Assembly: GCA_012295275.1 (NCBI GenBank)
Contig: CM022677.1
Location: forward strand, 13,330,001 to 13,394,000
Length of the DNA stretch: 64,000 bases
Direction of reading: 5' to 3'
Source of the DNA: Chrysomallon squamiferum
Lineage: Eukaryota > Animalia > Mollusca
The notes under the pieces were generated by a model that saw only the letters and a program-made list of their open reading frames with translations, was not told the DNA's origin and made no database searches. The position numbers were made by a program, and so were the translations under genes. This document shows positions 21,051 to 30,518 of the stretch, piece by piece. Each line of letters begins with the position of its first letter. Positions within the stretch are counted from its first letter, which is position 1.

Positions 21051-22125
21051 CAAGATCAGAAAACCAGAAAACCAGTAAAGTTATACATAGTTTTTTAAAA
21101 ATTACACAATGTATAACTTTACTGGTTTTCTGGTTTTCTGATCTTGAAAGCCAATATGTACTTTTAGCTTATGACCGTAGGGCTCGGGCTACGCCCGAAG
21201 GAGCTAGTCACCTTCGGGCTAAAAGTACATATTGGCTTTCAAGATCAGAAAACCAGAAAACCAGTAAAGTTATACATAGTTTTTTAAAAATTACACAAGA
21301 GTTGAGTTGGGGATCCCAACTCAACTCTTGTGTAATTTTTAAAAAACAAAGTATAACTGTAATCGATTTTTGGTTTTGCGGTCTTAAAAGCCAATGTGTA
21401 CTTTTAGCTTATGACCGTAGGAGCTAGTCACCTTCGGGCTAAAAGTACACATTGGCTTTTAAGACCGCAAAACCAAAAATCGATTACAGTTATACTTTGT
21501 TTTTTAAAAATTACACAAGAGTTGAGTTGGGTCAACCTAACTCTTGTTATTGTAAAAAAAACAAAGTTCCTCATGATCTGGCTTTTTAGCTTTTTGGCTT
21601 TTTGACCATAATGTACTTTTAACTTATGATCCTTAGGGTTCTGGCTTCGCCCGAAGGAACGTTATCACCTTCGGGCTAAAAGTACATTATGGTCAAAAAG
21701 CCAAAAAGCTAAAAAGCCAGATCATAGTGGAACTTTTTTTTTTTTTTACAATAACAAGAGTTAGGTTGAAATTGCAAAGTTCCTCATGATCTGGCTTTTT
21801 AGCCTTTTGGCTTTTTGACCATAATGTACTTTTAGCCCGAAGGTGATAACGTTCCTTCGGGCGTAGCCAGAACCCGAAGGATCATATGTTAAAAGTACAT
21901 TATGGTCAAAAAGCCAAAAAGCTAAAAAGCTTTTTGGTTTTTTGGTCTTAAGTATCAATGTGTACTTTTATCTTATGACCGTAGGGCTCGGGCTACGCCC
22001 GAAGGAGCTAGTCACCTTCGGGATAAAAGTACACATTGATACTTAAGACCAAAAAACCAAAAAGCGAGAAAAGTTATACATAGTTTTTTAAAAATTACAC
22101 AAGAGTTGAGTTGGGATATCTCATC
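21023..22125. repeat. Cluster of five terminal hairpins: type B, variant B', type A flip, type A flop, type C
   Basis: Cores at 21166-21220, 21406-21440 (internally deleted), 21621-21677, 21834-21890 and 21970-22024. The stretch 21532-21930 re-uses the unit 1 double hairpin at ~8694-9086. Confidence 0.92.
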
Positions 22126-22371
22126 ATCCCGATTTTAACCAGGTGTTTTTTTTTTTTTTTAAACTATTTTAATTATTTATAATTTTTTTTATTATATACT
22201 ATTATTTAATATACTATTATTTTATTATATTATTAAAAATGATAACAAGATTATATATTTTTAACAATATATTTATTAATATCATAATATAACATTTTAA
22301 TATAACACATTATAACTGTTAACAATATATTAATATATTAATAATATATTAATAATGTTATTTTATTATAT

Positions 22372-24546
22372 TTATTCACTTTTATATTTTTGAAAAATGT
22401 CCATCTGTGTTTCTTGTATTGTATCTGTAAACATGGTATCGAACGGTTGCGATGGAGGTATGTAAAACTTAAATCGTTTATCACTAACATTCTCTGGTTC
22501 ATGATCAATGGTAATGTAATTAGGATCCATTTGTTCATCTTCCGATATGTCTTCTGTCTCAACTTCATAGTGTTTTCGTTTTACACCTGTATTATGTTGA
22601 CTTTCCTGCTTTAATTTATTTTGCGACTGTATGAACATATCCTGTGACGGATTATACACGCTTTCGTCATCTGAATCAGGAATGACTATATAATCAGGTT
22701 CTGTATTTTCAACTGTTTCTCTTTTAATATTGTCAATATTATCACGTTGGGTACAATCTTGGCTATTATCAAAATGATCGTGAAAATAGCTAAGTCTTCC
22801 TTCAAATGAATTGTCATTGATATGAATATTATTAATATTCATGAAATATTCTCTGTCATTTTCCATCGATAAAGTCATTTCATCATCTGAAGGTTCACGT
22901 CCAACTACAAATAATTTTGGGTGTAAAAGCCCGTAACATTGTTTGAGAATGTTACTTCGTTTCAATCCTTCAATCAAAAATAGTCTAGTTTTCATAATCC
23001 GTATTTGTGAACTTGTCAAACCGTCGCCAAATTTGTTGTTAGAGTTCAGTAAACATAAATTACCTCTACAATAAACAGGTGTTGTTCCTTTTCGTTCACA
23101 TGTGGCTTTCGATCCACTTAACAAATCTTTGTATTTGTCAATGTTAGTTTGATTAATAGAAATTTCTTCTCCAAGAATTATTTTCTTTCCCCCTAACATT
23201 TGCCAAGGAAAATTATCCTTGGCAATTTTACCTGCTGTTGGCACACACTCAAATAACGAACTCGAAACCATAGTCTTTCCACTGTCAGATTCTCCTTGGA
23301 AATATAGTCCTATTTTTTTCTTACCCTTTCCTTTCAATAATGATACTATCGAGGTATAAAGCCATCTCTCTGGTATTTCCTGCTCTCTACACCAGGAATT
23401 AAAAATTTTGAAGCTATCGTCCGGATTCATATAATGATCTATGTTATCGTTCATTGTTTTTAATTGCTCAAAGGCTGATTTATCTGCCTGTTCTTCTGTA
23501 TATTTTGTTCTAGCTGCTTTGAACAACTTATCACCAGACGAATTGGCTACTGCGTTACAAAGTGCTTTGAATTCATTACTTCCGGAATCGAATTTGCCGA
23601 TAAGTAAGTTCAATTTATTTACGTCTGGATACTGCTTTATCAAGTTATAAAAGAATTCAAGTGTATCTGATGATTTAGTGTTGATTAAATGAGACGGAAT
23701 GGATATTTTATCGGTTGTGTCAGCCTTCACATTTTCTGTTGTATCCATTGCTTGTATCATCATATTATCACGCTTTACATCAATTGCTGTCATTCCATCT
23801 CTGTTATATCCTGAAGTTGATGGTTTATCATTAGAATCATGCTTCTTCACTGGATTCCTTATATTGGATACAATACTTTTATTAAGTTTCGTAGATTGAG
23901 ATTCATCAAAGAAATCTCTCAATATATTCATTATCTCATTATCGTTCTCATTTAGTTCTTTGTCAATATCGTTCCATGTCTGTAGCATGCCTTGATCAGT
24001 TGTTCCTAGGAACTGTTTTTCATCATCATTCATTAGGTATTTTATATAATGTTCTAATGATGATTTCTGAGGATCTTTTAATTTCATTATTTCCATATAT
24101 CCACCTTCAGTTAAAATAGCTCTATGAAGTCTTCTATACTGTCTGTCCTGTGAAGGTGTTTTCTCTTCCAAACTATGTGACAATGTGTCCCATACGTTGT
24201 ATGATTTAGTAACAGACTCACAATCTTTCTGATGGTACACAAGAAGTGTTTTCCACGACTTGTTTCTCAAAAACGCTTTCAACTCATTTATAACTCTGTC
24301 TTGTCCACGTGATAACTGTTCGTAATTTGGAGTTGACCAATGATCAACTACTTTGTCCAATAAATCTTGCATGTCCATTTGATACGATTTGATATACTGT
24401 TTTCCTGTAGCATATATGAAGTTTCCATCTTTATCTCGTGCAAGACATCTAGGCACGAGATACTTAGGGTGTACCATGTCATAATTTAAATGACCAACTA
24501 CTACGCTATAAAATGTCTCATCAGGAAGATCGACAAATCTGTCCAT
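22372..24546 (-). CDS. NS1: NS1 of unit 4: open reading frame but HUH motif lost through compensating frameshifts
   Basis: The protein reads KSYNVWDTLSHSLEEK where other units have NHPTYGTHCHVIWKTSLK. NHTTYGTHCHIVWK is still readable in the adjacent frame at ~24165-24206. Helicase motifs are intact. Confidence 0.88.
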   Translation of the reverse strand: MDRFVDLPDETFYSVVVGHLNYDMVHPKYLVPRCLARDKDGNFIYATGKQYIKSYQMDMQDLLDKVVDHWSTPNYEQLSRGQDRVINELKAFLRNKSWKTLLVYHQKDCESVTKSYNVWDTLSHSLEEKTPSQDRQYRRLHRAILTEGGYMEIMKLKDPQKSSLEHYIKYLMNDDEKQFLGTTDQGMLQTWNDIDKELNENDNEIMNILRDFFDESQSTKLNKSIVSNIRNPVKKHDSNDKPSTSGYNRDGMTAIDVKRDNMMIQAMDTTENVKADTTDKISIPSHLINTKSSDTLEFFYNLIKQYPDVNKLNLLIGKFDSGSNEFKALCNAVANSSGDKLFKAARTKYTEEQADKSAFEQLKTMNDNIDHYMNPDDSFKIFNSWCREQEIPERWLYTSIVSLLKGKGKKKIGLYFQGESDSGKTMVSSSLFECVPTAGKIAKDNFPWQMLGGKKIILGEEISINQTNIDKYKDLLSGSKATCERKGTTPVYCRGNLCLLNSNNKFGDGLTSSQIRIMKTRLFLIEGLKRSNILKQCYGLLHPKLFVVGREPSDDEMTLSMENDREYFMNINNIHINDNSFEGRLSYFHDHFDNSQDCTQRDNIDNIKRETVENTEPDYIVIPDSDDESVYNPSQDMFIQSQNKLKQESQHNTGVKRKHYEVETEDISEDEQMDPNYITIDHEPENVSDKRFKFYIPPSQPFDTMFTDTIQETQMDIFQKYKSE

Positions 24547-24594
24547 CACTTTATATGGTTTTATAGTATCTATTTACGTTAAAAGATGAGTAAC

Positions 24595-24724
24595 AACTGA
24601 CAACTTTTAAAACGTCGCTTTATTTATAGAGTTATGTACATGACGTCATATTTATGACGTAATACGGCTTACGTGACAAAATTAACGTAACGTTAACAAA
24701 AGACTAATCACTGTATTCATACGC
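24595..24724 (-). promoter_or_regulatory. Internal NS1 promoter, unit 4
   Basis: TGACGTCA at 24641-24648, TATAAATAAA at 24628-24619 and TCAGTT at 24600-24595. Confidence 0.8.
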
Positions 24725-24732
24725 GTAATAGT

Positions 24733-26841
24733 TTATATTGGATATGACCAATCATTTCCGTTTCCCATAGTTTCTAACGTTCTATCAACATATGCACCAT
24801 GTAATGGCCAAAGTTGTCTACGTCTATTTCTACGTTTATTCCAATTATCCCATATAGGTGCAAATGTTCTCATTTTCCATGTTTTGCTTATTCGTTCCTT
24901 ATATTTAGCTGCGTCTTCACCTAAAAACTGATCTTGTTCAGTATGTTTAACATTATCTTTATTGCCCATTGGTGTACTGTCATCTTTTTTAAAGATAAGA
25001 CCTTCCATATTACCAGGACATCCTCCTAATCCTATTGGAATGTATTTAGGACACATTCCAGTTCTTACAATAAATTCAATTTCACTATAATATGTTATTT
25101 GAATATTAGCATGATAATTGAAAAATAACGTATTTCCACCGCTTGTTTTTTCTATGTCTGGATATAGTCCTATCAAAAACATAGGAGGTCTATTACATTG
25201 ATAGGTACGTCTATGTGATCCGTCTTTGCAAACATCAATATTAGGATTATTAGCATTATTATGCATAACGCCCTGATTACTAAGTTTAGTACCTCCATCA
25301 TCTACCATAGAAGGTGCACCCAGTACATTAGATGCTTTATTTTGAAAACATGCTGTATAATGTATACGTCTGTACTGATGAATAAAATAACAACATATTG
25401 CTGTTCCCATTGGATGGTCAGTTGTATTAGTAATCACTATATCATGGGTTGGCCACACCTCTAAATTACCCTTATTTTCATTAGCACATTGATATTTAGA
25501 TTTCTGACATAAACCAGATATATCTGTAAAATTAAGTGTATGAGATGTTTCAGATGGAAATAAAACTGTTGGTGAATCTTTACATGTATAATCTAATGCA
25601 AAACCACCAGCACTAATAACAGTTTCACGATATCCATCATGCTTTTTCATATCGTAAATATAATTGGGCGAAAATGTTTTATATTCTAAACCATCACCTG
25701 TCCAAGCATGATTTAGTATTTGCATTGCCATATCACTTGGTAAATATAATTTTCTATCTGGTTGTACTTTTATACTTCTATTAGATATATCATCCATACA
25801 TTCTTCATCCATAAAATAATAATTGTGAGATAAATTTAAATTTTTCTCAGGCAATCCGTAATCATTATTTACATCTGTAAACGTCCAAATTCTAGCATTA
25901 GGTGGAGCCATTACAGGTACTTCGTTAGGATCAGATTTATTATTATTCAATACATGAACAAGCATATTATTTATATTACGTTTTCTATATCCCATAAAAT
26001 CGTCAGGTAAATTCCAATCCTGAGCGGTAGTACTAGCAGCTTTATACCAATACGGTATTATGTGCCCACCGTGATTAAATGTGAATTCACATACATTCGG
26101 ATCACCTATTCCTTTTTTCCAATTTACATTATCAGAATTATTATCTAATACTTTCATAAGTGCTTTACGTTCTTTAGTAAAGTTAATAGTACTAGTAAAT
26201 GTTCGTTTAAATGTCTTTTTGATAGTTATATATCGTGGATCTGTATACTTAGTTGATCCTCCAAAACCTTGATATAAAACATTATTACCAGTTGCCGACG
26301 CCATAGGTGCACCTTCCACTGCTTCACTTCCGCCAGTATCTGTAACTTCTTCATTCATTATGGAATCCGGTTCCATAACAGATTCTTGAGGTTGTAAATA
26401 CGTTCCCTTAGAATTCGATCTGTCTAATACATCTTGAGAAACTGTATTGGACAATTGTTTATTATCTCGAACCTTTGAATCGGTTCCTCCAGATGGTTCA
26501 GATGAGTGTCGTTTCATAGCTGATTGATCTGGATATCCGGATGTGTCTTGTAAATTTCCTTGTTGTTCTTGGTTATCGTAGAATAAAGGGGACCCGAAAG
26601 GGTCGTCTTCGTCCGAATCTTCAATAGAGTGATAGTCTTGCCCAATATTTTGAATTGCCTGATAGAAATCGTTATTCGGAATTTGTATATTTGGATACTG
26701 ACGTCGGATCTGAAGCCACCTTTCTTGTCGTTTTGAATAGGGGACATTTAGTTCAGCTAATTTGTTAAATGCTTTAGATTTTGCTATAGCCCACAGACGA
26801 GTTACCTCTGGCTTCGTCAAAAGTCTTTTGCCTTTTGTCAT
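24733..26841 (-). CDS. VP: Capsid protein (VP), 702 aa, small in-frame deletions
   Basis: Collinear with the 708-aa copies. GYRKRNINNM replaces GYKVKKIGFSINNM, a likely damaging deletion in a conserved strand. Confidence 0.83.
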   Translation of the reverse strand: MTKGKRLLTKPEVTRLWAIAKSKAFNKLAELNVPYSKRQERWLQIRRQYPNIQIPNNDFYQAIQNIGQDYHSIEDSDEDDPFGSPLFYDNQEQQGNLQDTSGYPDQSAMKRHSSEPSGGTDSKVRDNKQLSNTVSQDVLDRSNSKGTYLQPQESVMEPDSIMNEEVTDTGGSEAVEGAPMASATGNNVLYQGFGGSTKYTDPRYITIKKTFKRTFTSTINFTKERKALMKVLDNNSDNVNWKKGIGDPNVCEFTFNHGGHIIPYWYKAASTTAQDWNLPDDFMGYRKRNINNMLVHVLNNNKSDPNEVPVMAPPNARIWTFTDVNNDYGLPEKNLNLSHNYYFMDEECMDDISNRSIKVQPDRKLYLPSDMAMQILNHAWTGDGLEYKTFSPNYIYDMKKHDGYRETVISAGGFALDYTCKDSPTVLFPSETSHTLNFTDISGLCQKSKYQCANENKGNLEVWPTHDIVITNTTDHPMGTAICCYFIHQYRRIHYTACFQNKASNVLGAPSMVDDGGTKLSNQGVMHNNANNPNIDVCKDGSHRRTYQCNRPPMFLIGLYPDIEKTSGGNTLFFNYHANIQITYYSEIEFIVRTGMCPKYIPIGLGGCPGNMEGLIFKKDDSTPMGNKDNVKHTEQDQFLGEDAAKYKERISKTWKMRTFAPIWDNWNKRRNRRRQLWPLHGAYVDRTLETMGNGNDWSYPI
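26514..26747 (-). CDS. Candidate overprinted ORF-X (77 aa)
   Basis: Same start, length and ATGA-overlapping stop as in units 2 and 3. Confidence 0.5.
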   Translation of the reverse strand: MSPIQNDKKGGFRSDVSIQIYKFRITISIRQFKILGKTITLLKIRTKTTLSGPLYSTITKNNKEIYKTHPDIQINQL

Positions 26842-27203
26842 GAAACTGGTATACGCGTATATATATATGATACGTTTTCGTCTTCTTCAGCCTCTATCTG
26901 ATTGCGTTCAGCAGGTGTGACGTCAGTATCTATATCGTTTCTCTCTGATTCTATAAAATCACCTAATTCATTAATTGCTTGTTCGATCTGATTTTTAGTA
27001 TAATCAGCTATTCCTTCGACAGCCGATTCAACTACAGACGTTCCAATATTAATAGCAGGATCTATTAATATACTATCAGCTCCTATTATTTCTGTGATAG
27101 CTGGTGCAGTGGATTCTAATATAGCAGATGTAGCGATTTCAACAGATGCATCAAATGCGTACTCAATTAATTCGGTAGCTATTATTCCCAATGCTGTGAA
27201 CAT
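26838..27203 (-). CDS. Small acidic viral protein (121 aa), intact
   Basis: The ATG at 27203 gives MFTALGII... with the same length as the other copies, and the stop overlaps the VP start as ATGA. Confidence 0.85.
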   Translation of the reverse strand: MFTALGIIATELIEYAFDASVEIATSAILESTAPAITEIIGADSILIDPAINIGTSVVESAVEGIADYTKNQIEQAINELGDFIESERNDIDTDVTPAERNQIEAEEDENVSYIYTRIPVS

Positions 27204-27305
27204 CCTACTATCAATAAATAATATCAAATGAAGATACTATAATAATTAATATATATATAGTAAATATACCGGATATGACGTAATATATCACGTGTCAATG
27301 AATCG

Positions 27306-27454
27306 GGATGATGAGATATCCCAACTCAACTCTTGTGTAATTTTTAAAAAACTATGTATAACTTTTCTCGCTTTTTGGTTTTTTGGTCTTAAGTATCAAT
27401 GTGTACTTTTATCCCGAAGGTGACTAGCTCCTTCGGGCGTAGCCCGAGCCCTAC
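27306..27454. repeat. Type C right ITR of unit 4, truncated inside the hairpin core
   Basis: Reverse complement of ~21981-22130; breaks off at GAGCCCTAC where unit 5 begins. Confidence 0.9.
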
Positions 27455-30034
27455 AAAGCGAAAAACGATTCTTAGTGTAACTTTGTTTATTCATAAATAA
27501 CAAGAGTTGATGTGATCTATCATCATCTGATTTTTTATAATAGCTTAATATAGTTAACAATTTATATATGTTTATAGTTATATATGTTAAACTATTTAAT
27601 ATATAACATAGAACAAATAGATTTAAAATTTTTTATTTAAACAGATTTAACAGTTTTAATATTTTTAAACTTTTAAATAAGTTAACATATTTTAACATTT
27701 TAAATGTCATTCATATTGAATGGTTGGCTAGGTTCAATGTAATGTTTAAATCTTTTATCCAATGGATCTTCTGGTTCGTAATCGACGATGATGTAATTAG
27801 GATCTAATGATCCTTCATCATCTGTCATAGCTTCATCCCTTTTACGCTTTTTACCTTGCGATAAGACAAAAAGATCTTGAGAAGGATTGTAATATTCTTC
27901 ATCAAATGCATCTTTACATTCCTTTTTTATATCCGTTTGACTTTCATCAAAGTTATCAGTAAAGTAACTAAATCTGCCTTCAAACGTATTGTCGTTTTTA
28001 CTGATATTATTCTTATTTGCAAAGTATTCACGATCATTTTCCATGGCGATTGTCATTTCATCATCCGAAGGTTCTCTTCCAATCGTAAATAACTTTGGAT
28101 GAAGCAGATTGTAACAGTTCTTTAACACTTGGCTTCTTTTCAATCCTTGAAGAAGAAACAATCGAGTCTTCATAATACTGATTTGCGAGGTAGTAAGGCC
28201 ATCTCCGAACTTATTGTTCGAATTGATAATACATATGTTAGCTCGACAGTAACATGGTGTCGTTCCTTTCCGTTCACAAGTTGCCTTACTACCGCTCAAC
28301 AAGTCTTTGTACTTATCAATGTTTGACTGTGTAATCGATATCTCTTCTCCAAGTATAATCTTTTTATCACCTAACATCTGCCATGGGAAATTGTCTTTAG
28401 CGATCGTTCCAGATGTATTCAAACATTCGAATAGCGAACTGATATCATTGTTTTCCCACTGTCAGATTCACCTTGTAAATACAGTCCAATCTTTTTCTTG
28501 CCTTTGCCTTTTAACAATGATACTATAAGACAATACAGCCAACGTTCTTCTATATATTGTTCCCTACACCACGAATTAAATATTTTAAAACTATCTTCGG
28601 GTGTCATGTAATGATCGATATTATCGTTGACCATTTTGATTTGTTCATAGGCAGTTTTATCAGCTTGTTCTTCCATATACTTTGATCGTGCTGCTTTGAA
28701 CAGTTTATCGCCAGAAGAGTTGGCAACAGCATTGCATACAGCTTTAAACTCATTACTGTTTGTATCGAATTTACTGATGAGTAAGTTTAGTTTGTTAATA
28801 TCAGGATACTGTGTAATCAATTTATAAAAGAAATCTAGAGTTTCAGCTGACTTGTTATTAATCAAATGTGATGGAATAACAGGTTTGTCTTCTTTCTTTA
28901 TATCTGATACATCCATTAGTTCAATGACAGCATCTTCAATCTTCATTTCTTTAGCAGTCATTCCAGCCGTAGACGTACTAGGTACACTATCTGTCATGTC
29001 TTTCTTTAAAATAGGTTCTCTAATTTTCGGAGTGATTACAGCATTATCTGTAGTTTCTGGAGTATCGAAAAAATCATGTAATATGTTTTTGATCTCGTAA
29101 TCGTTCAGATTGATATTTTTATCAATGTCGTTCCATATATCTAGCATCATTTGATCATTTGTTCCTAAGAACTGTTTTTCTGTATCGTTCATCAAGTATT
29201 CCATGTAATGTCTAATTGATGCATCTTGTGGATCTTTCAGCTTCATTATCTTAACGTAACCATCTTCGTTGAGAACAGCTCTATGCAATCTACGATACTG
29301 TCTATCTTGAGAAGGCGTTTTAAGATTAGTTTTCCAAATAATATGAACATGGTTACCATATGTACGATGATTCGTAATAGCCTCACATTCTTTCTGGTGA
29401 TAGACCATGAGAGTATTCCAATTCTTGTTTCTGACGAAAGCTTTCAATTCTGTAATCACTCTATGTTGTCCTTTATTCAGGTATTCGTATTTCGGAGTAG
29501 CCCAATGATCAACTAATTTATCGATGACATCTTGGTTATCCATTTGATACGATTTAACGTACTTTCTTCCAATGGCATAAACATAGTTGCCATCTTTATC
29601 TTTAACAAGACAACGAGGTATCAAGTATTTAGGGTGAACCATATCATAGTTGACATGGCCCACAAGTACACTGTAATAATGTTCTTCAGCTGATTCTACA
29701 AATCTATCCATTTTCCTTTCTATACGTTACTGGTATACGTTTATATAAAATGAAGTCAATGACTTTGAACGTTTTTCGATTTTAGCTTTATTTATACTAT
29801 ATATATATAATGACGTCATTATCATTACTTCATATTTAAATATGTAACAAATGAACGTTATTTCAAATGTAGACTGTTCACTGTATTCATACGAACCTAA
29901 TAACATTATGTCTTTTAATCTATATAATTATTTTAATATTATTATGTTATTAAAAAATCAGATGATGATAGATCACATCAACTCTTGTTATTTATGAATA
30001 AACAAAGTTACACTAAGAATCGTTTTTCGCTTTG
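27454..30034 (-). mobile_element. NS1-only element (unit 5, ~2.6 kb) with perfect 84-bp terminal inverted repeats
   Basis: 27454-27537 is the exact reverse complement of 29951-30034. The interior holds only NS1 and its promoter (TGACGTCA 29811-29818, TATAAATAAA 29796-29787), with no VP or small-ORF sequence. Confidence 0.9.
27700..29711 (-). pseudogene. NS1: NS1 of unit 5, one frameshift just after Walker A, shorter C-terminus
   Basis: ORF 28419-29711 (GNHVHIIW, GESDSGKT) and ORF 27700-28422 (IILGEE, IINSNN) join with a 1-nt correction near 28442. Confidence 0.92.
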
Positions 30035-30059
30035 ATAATAACTTAAACCACGTGGTTTG

Positions 30060-30312
30060 AATTGGGGGATGATGAGATATCCCAACTCAACTCTTGTGTA
30101 ATTTTTAAAAAACTATGTATAACTTTCCTCGCTTTTTGGTATTTTGGTCTTCATAATCAAAAGTACATAGTATAAGCTTAACACGTTATAACGGCGGCTA
30201 AAGCCGCCATATAGTGCATGTTACTATGATAATAACAATAACAAGAGTAGAGTTGATAATCTATCATATCTTGCATTTTCACACCCCCACTCCTATTTTT
30301 TATTTTGAAGAG
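30060..30312. repeat. Terminal remnants: partial C-like arm, a different hairpin core, and A-like left ITR of unit 6
   Basis: 30066-30150 resembles 27306-27390. GGCGGC-TAAA-GCCGCC stem-loop at 30194-30209. 30238-30312 resembles the reverse complement of 8543-8617. Confidence 0.75.
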
Positions 30313-30518
30313 TATATCATTTAAACGGATATGACGTCATATCCGTTTTTTTAAATGACGTTATTTTATATGACGTCATTTCCGTTATATTTAAATAATT
30401 AACTAAACGAAGGTAATTAATTTTAATAAATAATTTTATTTCAAGAAATAACTTTTAGTGAACATTAATATCAACGTAACAACAATAAATCAGCACTGAT
30501 GTCTTTTAATGTTTATTT

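Noticed and set aside
8543-22125. Repeated palindromes as a CRISPR-like array
   Set aside because: There is no repeat-spacer periodicity and no cas genes, and the context is eukaryotic. Parvoviral terminal hairpins explain them fully.
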